A stretch of 40,911 bases of DNA from Armatimonadota bacterium (GTDB taxonomy: Bacteria; Armatimonadota; Hebobacteria; CAIYQO01): positions 1 to 40,911 of the forward strand of contig JBBRXO010000011.1 in NCBI GenBank assembly GCA_038248345.1. Reading direction: 5' to 3'. This document shows positions 10,901 through 19,659 of this stretch, one piece after another. How positions within the stretch are numbered: position 1 is the first letter of the stretch; every line of letters starts with the position of its first letter. Under the pieces are notes generated by a model. That model saw only the letters and a program-made list of their open reading frames with translations, searched no databases and had not been told where the DNA came from. Both the position numbers and the translations under genes were made by a program.

Positions 10901-13900
10901 TTGCCAGATGAACGGCGTAGCCTGCCCGACGATGACGTGGACATTATGCGCGTCGATCTTCGTACCGCCACTAACCAGCAGCGGATTCTCAATTGTAACG
11001 AAGGTTACGCTGGTGCTGGCGGTGATACCACCATCCAACAGTGCGGTGACGGTGGCCGTAGTATTGGTGGTGCCCGGCGTCAGTGTGAAGTTGCCTTGTC
11101 CCTGCGCATTGGTAAATACCGACGGGGTGATGGAACCACGATTAGTCGAAAGGTGTACTACTATTCCGGAGACGGGCACACCGTTGCTATCGGTTACCGT
11201 AACGGTACCAGTGGTTACCGCGCTGATTTGCGCTGGCAAATTGATGCTGACAGCTGACGGGATACCGAGGATATCGATATTGGCAATCGCTGAGTTCAAC
11301 GTCCCGGAGGTGGCGGTGAAGGTGGCCGTACCGGTGTTGGGACCAGCTTTGATATTCAAGCGCAATTCGCCTGCATTACTCGTCACGCCTGTGAATGGAG
11401 TAGTGAAGAGTTTATAGGTGCTGGTAACCGGATCCAGGTAGCTACATGTCTGATCAGTACATGCGATGGTTACCGGCTGATTGGGGATAGCGATGCCGGA
11501 GACGTCGACGATACGAGCCGTGAGCGCGGTGAGACCCAATGCACGTACGCTATTATTATCAGCATACAGCTGCACTGCTACCGGGGCAAGCGGATTAATC
11601 GTGAAGGTTATGGGCTTTGTTAATGCCGGAAGCGCGCCTATCACGGTGGCCGTCAAGGTGACCGTCTTCTGCGTTGTGACGTCGATCGGCATCGGAGCAG
11701 TGTAGACGAAGGATGCGTTGCCGCTGGCATTGGTGGTGGCGGTTGCTGGCAATGCCGGTGATACCGAGCCGAGTCCCACACCCGGTGTGGACATAGATAC
11801 CTGATAATTGGCGAGGCCCAGACCGTCGGAACCACTTACCGTGACAGTGATAGGCACGTTAGTAGCGCCTGCCGTCAAGGTCAGATTGGGCGAGGTGACT
11901 GCTAGCTGAGAAACAGCTGGCATCGGAGTGGCCGAATTGTAGGGATATGGTCCGAAAGATGACTGTGCTGGCGTCGCGCCGTCAATAACCTCTACCGTGT
12001 AGAAGTAGTTAGTGCGGTTTACGACGGTGGTGTCAGTGATGGTTTTGGTGCCGAACGGAATCAAGTTAGTATTGATCTTTTTGCCCGCGACCGCGAGCAT
12101 CTCCGCTCGGGTATAACCCAGCGGATTTGCCGGTGCGGCATTCAGCCGATAGACGTTATAGCCGTTTCCCACCACCATAGGGATAGGTGAGCCATCTGCA
12201 TTGGTAGTCGGTGCGGTCCAGCCGACGACTACCTGACCCGGACTCGGAGTGGTTGTAACGGCAGAGGCATTAGCCGGCGGTACGTCAACCCAGATATCGT
12301 TAGAGGGGATGGAATCGGCAACTAGCGATGTGCCCGTGCGGATCGCTTCCACGGTATAGATGTATTTTGTACCATCGTGAATATCGGAGTCAACAAAACG
12401 ACTGGTGGTAACCGCGATATTATCCTGCACCAAGGTGCTTCCCGCCGGTTGCCGAACGCCAGCAGCGGCGCGATTGGGAACTAATATCCCGCCGGTCCTG
12501 GTGCCAAAGTCGTAATATCCGTGCGAGGGATGGAGGCCGGTCTGCGCCATAGCCGCATCGCCCATGGCCTTAGTATTGGTCGTATTGCGATATATTCTAT
12601 ATCCGGTGACCAACGGGTCTGGTGATGGTGTCCAGGTGACATTGATATTGACTTTTGTCCAGTTCGGCAATGGGGCCAAAACAGCCTGCACATTGCTTGC
12701 GGGTGTCAATGAGGTTGGGTTGATAGTGATCGTCAAAATCTCGGGGTTCAGGGTGGCGCTCTTGTAGTTACCCACGCCGAGCGGGATCACTTGAATATCC
12801 GTGGTGCCCGACAGCGCGATCCTTGCAGTGGTAGCGGATGATGCGACGGGAAGTAGCGGGGCGATCTCTTTCCAAACAGAGCCGGTACGTGCCAGTATTT
12901 GGATTCGGTTGATCAGCCCGGCTTGTGAACCTGCTGGGTATGTCCAGGCGATGTCGACGATGCCGCCGACTTCGTTGGTTTTTTGCAAACCAGTAGCGGC
13001 CGGGGGCATATACGGCCCGACCAGCGGATTCTTGGCAACTGTGGGATTCCATGTGGTACCATTGAAGATACTGAACATCGTATAAGATCGATCGGTGTTG
13101 ATCATCTTAACTTGATAATTGAACAACCCGTTAGCGGCGGGACGATCGATGATAGTTACCACACCGGTAGCGGAATTGTAATTTACCTGCGCTTTGGTTA
13201 ATGGACCAGCATCTGGCACACCAACTGCACGCACGCGGGTGCCTTGATTAGCGCGGTATACTTCAAATGTCTGTGCGGCGGCCCATTGTGCCGGCGTCAA
13301 GGTAAACAATAACCGGATAGTGCCGTCGGGATATGGGTATGCGTAACCTTCGCCCGTACCGGGTAGCGGTGGTGGAGTATCCGATTTGCCACCTCCGCGG
13401 GTGGCGGAGTAGATAATGGTAGCAAGTGCCAATCCCCCGAGGATCGGCCATATCTTGTTCATCGAGGAGCCACCACGTTTGGGGGCTGGCGCACTTGTAA
13501 CAATGACGCCATCGCCACTGCCTATCTCATCGCCGTTCGGTTGTGCTTTGCCGGTAAGTAGCAGGGCAAGTCGCTCGCCGATGTTGCGCACGGCTTCGGC
13601 ATTATGCATCTCTCTGGTGCCGCCGCCGTCGGGGCGTACCACGCTCTTGCCGATAACATTTATCGGCGCGGCGGGGAGTGCATTATAATTTGAATCGAAT
13701 TTGACCTGGGTCGCGGAAAGATGTATTTTGGCTTGCGCGCCATCGGCATCGGAGAATTCGTAGGTGTCGACGGTACCATAGATGAAAGAGTCCGCTTTGA
13801 GCAGTTGCGCCAGATATGCGATAGCGGCTTGCCGATTCGTCACTTCCGAGTTCGGATCAGCGGCGACATCATAGGAGGCCATCAGCAGCGCACGGTCTTC

Positions 13901-14278
13901 ATCGTTCTTGTATTCTTTCAGCCGTTTAGCATATTCGTTGTGAATTTTCTCCAGCAACGTTGCCTTGGCGGCTTTATCCAACATATCATGCTGTTGATAG
14001 GCGATGGCGAGGAAAATCGAGTCACGCTCCAACGGGATAACGCTGACACTCATCTGGGATTGCAGGTCAACGGACAATTCATTCAGGATATCACGCCCCA
14101 TCGAATCCGGAGGATTGGGTGCTGTTACCTGGAATGGCAGAATAAATACCTTTTTACCCCAGCTATCATCCGCATTAGCGCGCTGAGTAAAAGGCGTGAG
14201 TAGCCCTGGCAGCATCATAATGACCATTACGAGCAAACTCAAACCACGGCCTAATCGTCCCCGTACAAACTTTTTCAT
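1910..14278 (-). CDS. Giant (4122 aa) surface protein: signal peptide, CsgG-like domain, hydrophobic helix, many FN3 and Big_1 (invasin-like Ig) domains
   Basis: SD AAGGAG. Signal peptide ends QRANA. KVFILPF...LAQLLKADSFIYGTVDTY is CsgG/TolB-N-like. Hydrophobic segment IWPILGGLALATIIYSA. FN3 motifs (APTGL..LTW..Y.I.R..GLT..T.YYY.IR) and Big_1 motifs (ITVTV..G..V...TTNASG.A.F). T/A/V/G-rich. Confidence 0.9.
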   Translation of the reverse strand: MKKFVRGRLGRGLSLLVMVIMMLPGLLTPFTQRANADDSWGKKVFILPFQVTAPNPPDSMGRDILNELSVDLQSQMSVSVIPLERDSIFLAIAYQQHDMLDKAAKATLLEKIHNEYAKRLKEYKNDEDRALLMASYDVAADPNSEVTNRQAAIAYLAQLLKADSFIYGTVDTYEFSDADGAQAKIHLSATQVKFDSNYNALPAAPINVIGKSVVRPDGGGTREMHNAEAVRNIGERLALLLTGKAQPNGDEIGSGDGVIVTSAPAPKRGGSSMNKIWPILGGLALATIIYSATRGGGKSDTPPPLPGTGEGYAYPYPDGTIRLLFTLTPAQWAAAQTFEVYRANQGTRVRAVGVPDAGPLTKAQVNYNSATGVVTIIDRPAANGLFNYQVKMINTDRSYTMFSIFNGTTWNPTVAKNPLVGPYMPPAATGLQKTNEVGGIVDIAWTYPAGSQAGLINRIQILARTGSVWKEIAPLLPVASSATTARIALSGTTDIQVIPLGVGNYKSATLNPEILTITINPTSLTPASNVQAVLAPLPNWTKVNINVTWTPSPDPLVTGYRIYRNTTNTKAMGDAAMAQTGLHPSHGYYDFGTRTGGILVPNRAAAGVRQPAGSTLVQDNIAVTTSRFVDSDIHDGTKYIYTVEAIRTGTSLVADSIPSNDIWVDVPPANASAVTTTPSPGQVVVGWTAPTTNADGSPIPMVVGNGYNVYRLNAAPANPLGYTRAEMLAVAGKKINTNLIPFGTKTITDTTVVNRTNYFYTVEVIDGATPAQSSFGPYPYNSATPMPAVSQLAVTSPNLTLTAGATNVPITVTVSGSDGLGLANYQVSMSTPGVGLGSVSPALPATATTNASGNASFVYTAPMPIDVTTQKTVTLTATVIGALPALTKPITFTINPLAPVAVQLYADNNSVRALGLTALTARIVDVSGIAIPNQPVTIACTDQTCSYLDPVTSTYKLFTTPFTGVTSNAGELRLNIKAGPNTGTATFTATSGTLNSAIANIDILGIPSAVSINLPAQISAVTTGTVTVTDSNGVPVSGIVVHLSTNRGSITPSVFTNAQGQGNFTLTPGTTNTTATVTALLDGGITASTSVTFVTIENPLLVSGGTKIDAHNVHVIVGQATPFIWQLYGGDGLPLASKSVVVKVTNGTIGTGGGNVQSFATNTTSDGQVTFTYNSPITNGSTVLSFTDAANKKIGSDILLKAVLAAPTGLALVSMSDKEIDLTWQNSVGNYGYDIQRAQENNNPLTPLAWTTIYTTTQNITTYNDTHVPQSGTTYFYRLRALAPAGQVDFNSDFTAALQASTFPKKPLLHVPGINDITNGSVKLTWDGTADNFGIYSSPDNLLWSLVQTAPGNNDIAVLNTSIVSVAPSSKQYFRIIANSGGVPSVPSAPVYVIALPPAPTGLALNVISSSQIDLVWNAVAGASSYSISRKTAAEINYTVIAPSLNSTTLSYSDTALLPGTTYFYKVGDSIGSSAPSYSNPVSAMTELQTPINVMIDVSTPITDSTVNISWTGVNGADGYQIYTSPTGLSTSTWTINTIITHVGLPTATQKGQLTGLLGSSTYFIMVVASSNATGNNSKGSWPVMAKTLPAAPSGLTVTATSDKALQLNVTVDPLVGFYEIERSNTFNFTTVDRAWSAVGTEFPYSDTGLTAAHTYYYHIRSVTGGITSSWSVAKSGTTQPSAPVLLSAVPTDVTVALSWTGNGDSYNVESSPTGTTWTLLSTVPAVAGPAQSAIVAAVASTTTFYRIVATAGGVVSAPSNSLGVTTLPVAPAGLTVIPVSAVTLRLGITVDPTVTLYEVERSKSLATAANGIYSDPDGSMIALSGSQFPYNDTGLTAATVYYYHIRSTKAGVKSAWSNSVSSTTGLVTPIGVTVRVIASTDTTLELNWTGVTGADYYTVSRTGLGNPVTVPHVGAAGATQVYTFTGLTAATNYDFTVIANSTAGSNSAASLPATGNTLPAAPVGMNVTAINASTLKLAVTVDPLVTLYEVERSLSFATKADGSFTTRTGAMLNLIGTQFPYSDTGLTAVTLYYYHIRGSKAGVKSAWSPLVSGTTNLATPTGIAVNTGASTDTTLNITWTGVTGADYYTVTRTGLATPVIVPHVGVANALQSFTFTGLTAASSYDFTIVANNSGGLTSAASLPVTGITLPGALTGLTVTSVDAVTLKLGMTIDPTVSLYEIERSKSLTTNADGTFASQDGLTLNLTGGQFPYTNTGLSAATIYYYHVRGSKAGVKTAWSTIATGITLPAAPVLASATPSDISVTLTWTGLGDFYNVESSPNGTTWTPIATTPAGAGPNQTATVASVPDTTTFYRIIASANSVLSAPSNVLAAKTLPAAPAGLTVTSLNASSIKLGVTVDATVTLYEVERSLSIDTISNGSFTTPVGTKLNLIGSQFPYSDTGLTAATLYYYHIRGTKAGVKSAWSPLVSGITGLTTPTGVTVKTIASTDTNLDLNWTGVTGADYYTVTRSNPAITVTVPHVGAPGATQVFSFTGLTAATSYDFTVVANSNDGAVSAASLPVTGKTMPAAPAGLTVTPINASTIKLGVTVDATLTLYEVERSKSPATKADGTFTSIDGTLLSLIGSQFPYSDTGLTAATLYYYHIRGTKAGVKSAWSPLVSATTDLTTPTGVTVNTIASTDTTLDLSWTGVTGADYYTVTRTGLATLVTVPHVGAPGATQVFTFTGLAAATSYDFTVAANSISGAVSTASTPVTGMTLPIAPAGLTVTPTNATTLRIGVTPDATVTLYEVERSTSLATNPNGTFASPVGTMTNLLGSQFPYFDTGLTAATLYYYHIRGTKAGVKSAWSPLVTGATLPTAPVLTSVVPTDVTVTLSWTGVGEFYTVERSTDGAAWTKLPQIVSAIAGPTQTTIDSPVSPSTAYLYRVTASANGVISAPSNVLGTTTKPPTPTGLTITTGIDDKSLIVNITAVPGATSYDLVRSLVVDTNPDGSFTTPDGASILLAPGDLPYTNIGLTGGTDYFYTVRSYVGAAVSGWCLVKSGQTRPSTPKNLAVTAAAITATTIQLTWTGVLGAANYTLTNGNTPMTVPHVGAATDIQTYKVTGLASSTSFDFTVAAKSLMGVSSAASAPVTGKTLAASTIPVVARVTVTAQALLGAERIYYSQGPADQISQSVRTYTDLTITGLDGLDAGAKAASGAVVTFSIGSGPGEIEIVSSNQTKIGNVITGTLNNSGQMIVRFHGRTTNSAVPYTPVINELGLPVFAAESLGVTLPVPLQTQATPVALVGPPSNAVLTPVNPSSSNVFEDPTGGITTMNSDENVNVTATVYDEIGQRVLIGFPMHFKDSSSHISPFTNPDDTIGDGLVRREYVETDANGQAVAVFASNYSGLYTIHAWAVTTDHTSQLTGFTATGTALVRNRTYLSFNKPDGTPISPSQMILDYGTPKTLLSDGTDSALITITGRDDKGKLVLQGVAFRVKTSIGKIQLLQGYEFSAGVSGPFPSPPYLAFNNNGIAQFYMRSDKLNPTVGLAYLTFDNLRVTGQYLALPIETIKYTGQDITDATKFPFTANASAYSILRAPEPSGVDAVTNTILTVNLEDILHHALPAGYEGRLLVDGVPETGDPYIWSGATRMWERDGNSYGWSTNSPFVYYGYIQGTYNLAIEIKDLAGSTTRTTNVIPVRVVRGHTAVITPSTSTNVPVAGTYPITGIVYDDTGARLIDNAKVDFYVVVKAGTYDAAKLYLGSDLTKTIGNQRGNVSISFTPDLTNYASVQVTAFVDRNGNSMIDAGESLGSSGNFSMIIAPLNLRYDDTNKPLSDVRVPLTWDVVAGANRYDIYREGVKIGSSNAPATTFVDNTVPLQATKYNYAVQAINTNVTYGATSALSGGVDIYTAPTKVTIGSIDTITDTTASIHLTTEATDLTATKYRVYDNLSTMVKEVPIVLGQLQIDVTGLSPGVMHNLTVRVVDTTLTPQQESLDSNSKPCLTFPSKVALATTAADTNNTTDVTLHWKRSPVTETSVTGYRIYGGPAPISVPGGSAIQDYKVTGLAAGTAYTFNIKAVSAGGESLVNSDDIKTTTKPGAVTQIGSTVSATVITFNWVALVGNPAVTGYNVYNNGTKIGTVAAGVTLPVTGTYTAGTTYNLTVRAVAGALESADSNIILVSF
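4990..10665 (-). repeat. Array of 20 FN3 domains with a 1704-bp higher-order repeat
   Basis: The conserved Trp near the end of the A-type domains (mostly SAWS) recurs at ~9265, 8707, 8134, 7561, 7003, 6430, 5857, 5290 (spacings 558,573,573,558,573,573,567). Near-identical 109-bp blocks lie at 5847-5955, 6420-6528 and 6993-7101. Confidence 0.9.
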
Positions 14279-14362
14279 CGATTACTCCTTAAAGTAACTC
14301 TCGCGCTTTCATGCGCAATCCCTCTAAAGGAAGGGTTTTGTTATAATTTTATTTTTCCAGTA

Positions 14363-17300
14363 TTAGTTTGTCCGCATCGGTATACTATGCAGACGTTGCA
14401 GATCGGCGGTCTCAGCGAGAACGTCGATCAAATACTCACCAGCACGGATACTATTGCCATGCATATCTTTGCCATCCCAATTGATGGTAATTGCTTTGCT
14501 ATCTGCGGCATCCGCGCTCAACTGACGGACTACCTTACCTGCGATTGTCTTAATTGTTACCGTTACGGTTGCCGGAATTGACACCGCACAAGTGATGGTA
14601 GCGCCCGCACGTTTATTATTAACGGTAGCGGTGTTCTGCGTGAACTGCAAGCGCGGTATTGTGCCACCGGCGGTGATAACGAACTGCCGTATGCCGCCGT
14701 TGCCGCTGTCAAATGTATAACTGGAAGCGGTACGCATATAGGTGCGCTTGCCGGTGCTGACATCGGTAATCATCAGGCTGGCGCCAGCAGGGAACTGCGT
14801 CATATCGGGCCAACTCACCTGTACTGGTACGTTGGTCTGACTGCAATACACATTGTACGTCCAACTATTGATGGGACTCGGCGTGCGCATATCAGTACCC
14901 AGGCGATTATCGGCGCGCGTACTAGTGGAGCCGACGAAGTAACTGGAGAGCCCGGTGGGGCTGACCGGTGGCTTCATCGCATTCAGGATTTCACGGGTGG
15001 TGACATTTCGGCTGGTTACGCCGAAGGTTGAACTATCCTGGGCACCCGGGATAATAGCCTTCATATTTATCTTCCACTCATTAGCGCTGCCGCGAATTCG
15101 CGTGGACGCTGGCATACTACGGTAGGCCAGCGGTACAAATTGATTAGGTACGAATACCAGCGTCGCTGCCTGATTAGCGTAGAGCCAATATCCCTGGTAG
15201 GGCTGCAACGGGACGCGGATTCCCTGCTCGGCTGTTATGGTACCAGCGGCAGGATTTTCCCATGGCCAAAGATTTGCGGCGTTCTGGTAACCGGGGTTGG
15301 TAGGATTAGTAGAATCCCACGACCAGATATTACCGGAAATAACGCCGTTTGCGATTGCCTCTTCAACTGTATAGGATACGTCGGCACCGTCGACCACCAC
15401 TTTGCATTTGCCCCATTCAATTCCGTAGAGGAAGGGGTTGCCGATCAAGTTCCATCCCTGACGGATCGATATCGGGTAGGTCAACGTCTGGTCAAGCTTG
15501 GTGGCATCTCGCAAGGTGACCGATGTTGTGGAATCAAATTTTTGCCAGTAGCCTTCCCCGGCATTTAAGGTAACATCTCCATTAACAGCGAGGCGGTACG
15601 GGTTACCTGATGTAATAGTGGGGTCAAATTGCGCTAAGTTGACATTCGGCCCCAGCCCCAATGCCACTCGCGGATCCGCGTTAGCGAAGGTATAGGGGAA
15701 GCTGGACAAGTAAATGCCACGGCTATAATTGGAGGTTTCGATGGCCGGCACATTCACAAAGAATGTGCTGGTGATTGATCCACCTGGCGTAAAGTTAGCA
15801 GTAACCGTGACGGGGATCAAACCGCTTGCATCGCCAGTCGGTACCAGCTTCCAACTCACCATCTCATTCGCGTTGAGTTGTAATAAGCGATCTTGCATCT
15901 CGGGTACTTGCACGCTATAACTGAGGTTCTCGTTGTCATCCACTCGTAAGCCCTTTGATGGAGTAATAGTAGCATTAACGCGAACTAAGCCAGCTCCATT
16001 CTGCGAGTTGGTAAGATAAACACGGAGATTTGCCTTGGCCGGGCTATAGACGCCATTAACGGCCTTGAGCGATTCGTCACCGGCGATGGCAACGGCATAA
16101 TGATCTTTATATGCAACACGCGCCCAATTGAGGCTGAAGTCGCCATCAATTACCCATTGTGCGCCCGGTGCCAGGGTGGTGAAATTACCATTGCCGTTAT
16201 TGTAATAGTTGCCCACGGCGAAGCTCGGAGTGCCGGTGCTATCCAGCAGTGCGGTACCGGACTCGACGATGGGGAAGGTTCCCGGATTCAGCGCATTTAC
16301 CCAATTATAACGCTGTAGCGAATCCAACGGCGCAAACACCAAGCGGGTGGGAACGGTGCGGGGGGCATCGTTAGTGCCCACCGTCAAACGTTGCACGGTT
16401 GACATCAGTGGTTTGTTATCGATCTCCGCGGGGTTAACATTATCCGGAGTATAACGGATATCCCACTCATCAGGGACATCGGTTCCGCTGAAGTCGCGAA
16501 CATCGTTGAAAGCTCTCTTTGTGGGGATGATATAGGTAGCATTGGCCACATTTTTCCCGAGGAACTTAACGTTATTCACGGTGCGGAAGCCCACAAACCG
16601 GGAGGAGGGCGATTTATTGATAATGGTGTAGCTATAGTGCACCACATCGCGGATGAGGGACAGATGGATTTTCACATCAAAGCTATTGGTTGCATCGCCA
16701 GTATTCCACGTCATATCGGCCGTCTGTTTAGTTACATCCGGAGGCAATTGCGAGGAGGTGACTCCGCCCAGGCCTACCTGGAATTCACCTGTCGACCCCG
16801 GCACATAAAGATAGGCGAGGAATTTATTAATAATGGTGGCATGATCATCCTGTGAGTATTTTGGATCGCCGCCGGTAGTGCCGAAACACCAGGAACCGGT
16901 GGAGTCGACGGCAGTGCCGGTGGTGTCGGTACCAGAATGCCCGATACCAAGTCGTGCCACTGAGTTAGTCAGCATCCAGTAGGCATCCGGGGCTTCATCC
17001 AAGCCAGGGATATTGGCGATCCCACCGGTAGAGGTGACTTTAACCGTAGCAGTGGATGTGCCTGCCGGCGATGTTGCGGTGATGGTGAAGGTACCGCTGA
17101 CATTACCTGCTGTGAAGATACCACCACCATTAATAGAACCACCGCCGCTGACTGTCCAGGTGACATTGGCAGAAGGTGTGGCAGTGAATGCCTGCGACAT
17201 CCCATAAGCCACCGTTGCGGTGGCGGGAGATATCATCAATCCGCCCGTGGGGGTGATGATCACCACTGCCTGGGCGGTGCCATTACCATTCGTAAGTGTA

Positions 17301-19636
17301 ACCGTTACATAATATACACCCGGAGTGGTGCCGGCGGTGTATAAGCCCACGTTGTCCACGGTACCACCGGCGTCGGCGGTCCAGGTGACACCCGTATTTG
17401 GGGTAGAACTGAACTGCACGGTTGTGCCGACATTAACCGAGGTGAGGCCCGGACTGATGGTCAACCCATTGCCATTCTGCACCACACGGACGGTAGCATT
17501 GGCGGTTTTCGTACCGGAAGTAACTGTTACCGTGTAAGTGCCTATGGTAGTACCGGCAGTGAAATTACCCGAGGCACTGATGTTGTTACCGGTGCCGGTA
17601 GTGGTCCAGGCGACCGCACCTTTAATATTCGTCGTAAATTGCTGGGTACCGCCCGCTTGCAGGGTTACCTGTAAGGGTCCGATGAGCATCTGCAGTACTG
17701 TGACATTGATTGTCACGCTGCCTGCCGGTGAGGACGCGGTGATAGTATAATCGCCCGGGGTATTACCAGCGGTGTACCTGCCGTTTGTATCTACATTACC
17801 CGTTGGATCGGTAGTACTCCAGGTAACCCCGGTATTGGGAGTTGGGGTAAACTGCTGCACATCGCCCATGGCGATGGTTAGTACGGTAGGCGTTACCGAA
17901 AGTTGCTGGATCGTTACCGTTGCATTGGCTGTGCCCGCCGCACTGGTCGCAGATATCTGTATCGAGCCAGTGGCGTCAACATTTACGGTGAGTAAACCAG
18001 TTGAAGATATTGTACCAGGCCCGGACGCCACGCGCCAGGTTACGTTATCTGGTGGGTTGGCGGTGAACTGTTGTGTCGCGCCAGGAGCCAGTGTGGAAGA
18101 TTGCGGATTGATCGTCAATTTTGTCACATTGACGGTGACCGTAACAATATCCGTGCCACGTGTGGCTTTGACGGTGAAGGAACCAGCGGTATTGCCAGCG
18201 GTGAAGATACCCGCTTGGGTTATCGTACCACCGCCATTGAGCAATGACCAAACGACGCCATCGGAAGGATCAGCGGTGAAGGATACCTGTCCACCGGATG
18301 CCACCGAAGGGTTGGTCGGATTTACTGCGAAGGGTACGATAGTTACCGTAGCAGTGGCCGATCCTGCGTTAGAAGTTGCTGTAACCTGCACTGGCCCTAA
18401 AATAGTTCCCGCCGTAAATACACCAGTGTTGAAGCCGATAGTACCCATATTCGCCGGGCTGACACTCCATACCACATTGGTACTAGGGATAGCGGTGAAG
18501 GTATAGGACTTACCAGCAACGATATTTAAAGTAGTCGGGGTAATCGTCATCCCACCTGTTTGACTCAATGTCACGGTGGCGGTGGCCGTCTGTACATTAT
18601 TTCGCGTCGCCTGAATCTGGATCGTGGTTACATTCATATTATTAGGCGCGGTGTAAACACCATTGGCGGCTATGGTACCCCCATTAGCAGTCTGCACTGT
18701 CCACGCAATAGTACCGTCCGCTGGAGTAGTAGCAAATTGATATGACTGCCCCGGACTCAAGGTGATATTACTTGGATTGATAGCAAAGGCCACTGAGCTC
18801 ACAGTAATAGTCGAAGTTGCCAGCGTGGCCCCGGAATTAACATCCTTGGCTAATACATGGTAAGTACCCGCGGTATTGGGCGATGAGTACTGCACACTAC
18901 TGGCATTATTCACGGTGTTGAGATTGGTATTGAATGTACCGCCATTTGCCTCGGTAATTGACCAGTTAACGTTTGTGACTGGCACCGTAGCGAGTGTGGT
19001 GCCGGCGGAATTAAGACCCAGCGTCAGCGTTGCCGGGTTGATGGAGACACTCCCAGTAACAGTAATCGTGGAAGTAGCTGTCGCGCCACCTGCTATCGTC
19101 GCTACCACATGGTAGGTACCGGCTGTGTTCGGTGCATTATATGTTACCGACGTTACACCTTGGCTATTACCGGTGAAGGTTCCACCATTCACCTCGGTTA
19201 TAGAGAAATTCGCATTAGTAGATGGCGTGGTAGCAATTTGTACGGTACCACCCATGGTGACGTTAGTAGACGCTGGGGTCAACGCCACCGGTGCGGCAGT
19301 AACGTTAATGACGATCGGAGCGAATATATCTGCTGCATTGGTTGTGTTTACAGCGGACACGGTATATGAACCGGCAACATTACCTGCGGTAAATGTTACT
19401 GTTTTACCCGTAGTAGAGCTAAGAATACCACCACCATGGTTCCACTGAACGTTATCATTAAGGCCCAGAGTCGTAGCTGTTAATGTTACTGTCCCGCCAG
19501 TCTGTACGGTAGTAGTACTGGCCTGAATCGTCCCCGCCCGTAACGGCGGCAGACTGAGCATCACGATAAGGGCTACTACAAACACCCCCACCGTCCATTT
19601 ACGCGATATATGCAATGACTTCTTGCTCATGCTCAC
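14363..19636 (-). CDS. Secreted protein (1757 aa): 11 Big_2-like Ig repeats, unique central region, shared C-terminal module with FlgD-Ig
   Basis: Signal peptide ending PLRA. Eleven ~72-aa repeats I.P...l..G..qqFta.P...V.W.....GtI...G.ftAg...Gt..vtAt. C-terminal GWNLIGNPF, QPYQGYW, WDGKDMHGNSIRAGEY. Confidence 0.9.
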   Translation of the reverse strand: MSMSKKSLHISRKWTVGVFVVALIVMLSLPPLRAGTIQASTTTVQTGGTVTLTATTLGLNDNVQWNHGGGILSSTTGKTVTFTAGNVAGSYTVSAVNTTNAADIFAPIVINVTAAPVALTPASTNVTMGGTVQIATTPSTNANFSITEVNGGTFTGNSQGVTSVTYNAPNTAGTYHVVATIAGGATATSTITVTGSVSINPATLTLGLNSAGTTLATVPVTNVNWSITEANGGTFNTNLNTVNNASSVQYSSPNTAGTYHVLAKDVNSGATLATSTITVSSVAFAINPSNITLSPGQSYQFATTPADGTIAWTVQTANGGTIAANGVYTAPNNMNVTTIQIQATRNNVQTATATVTLSQTGGMTITPTTLNIVAGKSYTFTAIPSTNVVWSVSPANMGTIGFNTGVFTAGTILGPVQVTATSNAGSATATVTIVPFAVNPTNPSVASGGQVSFTADPSDGVVWSLLNGGGTITQAGIFTAGNTAGSFTVKATRGTDIVTVTVNVTKLTINPQSSTLAPGATQQFTANPPDNVTWRVASGPGTISSTGLLTVNVDATGSIQISATSAAGTANATVTIQQLSVTPTVLTIAMGDVQQFTPTPNTGVTWSTTDPTGNVDTNGRYTAGNTPGDYTITASSPAGSVTINVTVLQMLIGPLQVTLQAGGTQQFTTNIKGAVAWTTTGTGNNISASGNFTAGTTIGTYTVTVTSGTKTANATVRVVQNGNGLTISPGLTSVNVGTTVQFSSTPNTGVTWTADAGGTVDNVGLYTAGTTPGVYYVTVTLTNGNGTAQAVVIITPTGGLMISPATATVAYGMSQAFTATPSANVTWTVSGGGSINGGGIFTAGNVSGTFTITATSPAGTSTATVKVTSTGGIANIPGLDEAPDAYWMLTNSVARLGIGHSGTDTTGTAVDSTGSWCFGTTGGDPKYSQDDHATIINKFLAYLYVPGSTGEFQVGLGGVTSSQLPPDVTKQTADMTWNTGDATNSFDVKIHLSLIRDVVHYSYTIINKSPSSRFVGFRTVNNVKFLGKNVANATYIIPTKRAFNDVRDFSGTDVPDEWDIRYTPDNVNPAEIDNKPLMSTVQRLTVGTNDAPRTVPTRLVFAPLDSLQRYNWVNALNPGTFPIVESGTALLDSTGTPSFAVGNYYNNGNGNFTTLAPGAQWVIDGDFSLNWARVAYKDHYAVAIAGDESLKAVNGVYSPAKANLRVYLTNSQNGAGLVRVNATITPSKGLRVDDNENLSYSVQVPEMQDRLLQLNANEMVSWKLVPTGDASGLIPVTVTANFTPGGSITSTFFVNVPAIETSNYSRGIYLSSFPYTFANADPRVALGLGPNVNLAQFDPTITSGNPYRLAVNGDVTLNAGEGYWQKFDSTTSVTLRDATKLDQTLTYPISIRQGWNLIGNPFLYGIEWGKCKVVVDGADVSYTVEEAIANGVISGNIWSWDSTNPTNPGYQNAANLWPWENPAAGTITAEQGIRVPLQPYQGYWLYANQAATLVFVPNQFVPLAYRSMPASTRIRGSANEWKINMKAIIPGAQDSSTFGVTSRNVTTREILNAMKPPVSPTGLSSYFVGSTSTRADNRLGTDMRTPSPINSWTYNVYCSQTNVPVQVSWPDMTQFPAGASLMITDVSTGKRTYMRTASSYTFDSGNGGIRQFVITAGGTIPRLQFTQNTATVNNKRAGATITCAVSIPATVTVTIKTIAGKVVRQLSADAADSKAITINWDGKDMHGNSIRAGEYLIDVLAETADLQRLHSIPMRTN

Positions 19637-19659
19637 TTATCCTCCGAGTGCACGTGCTG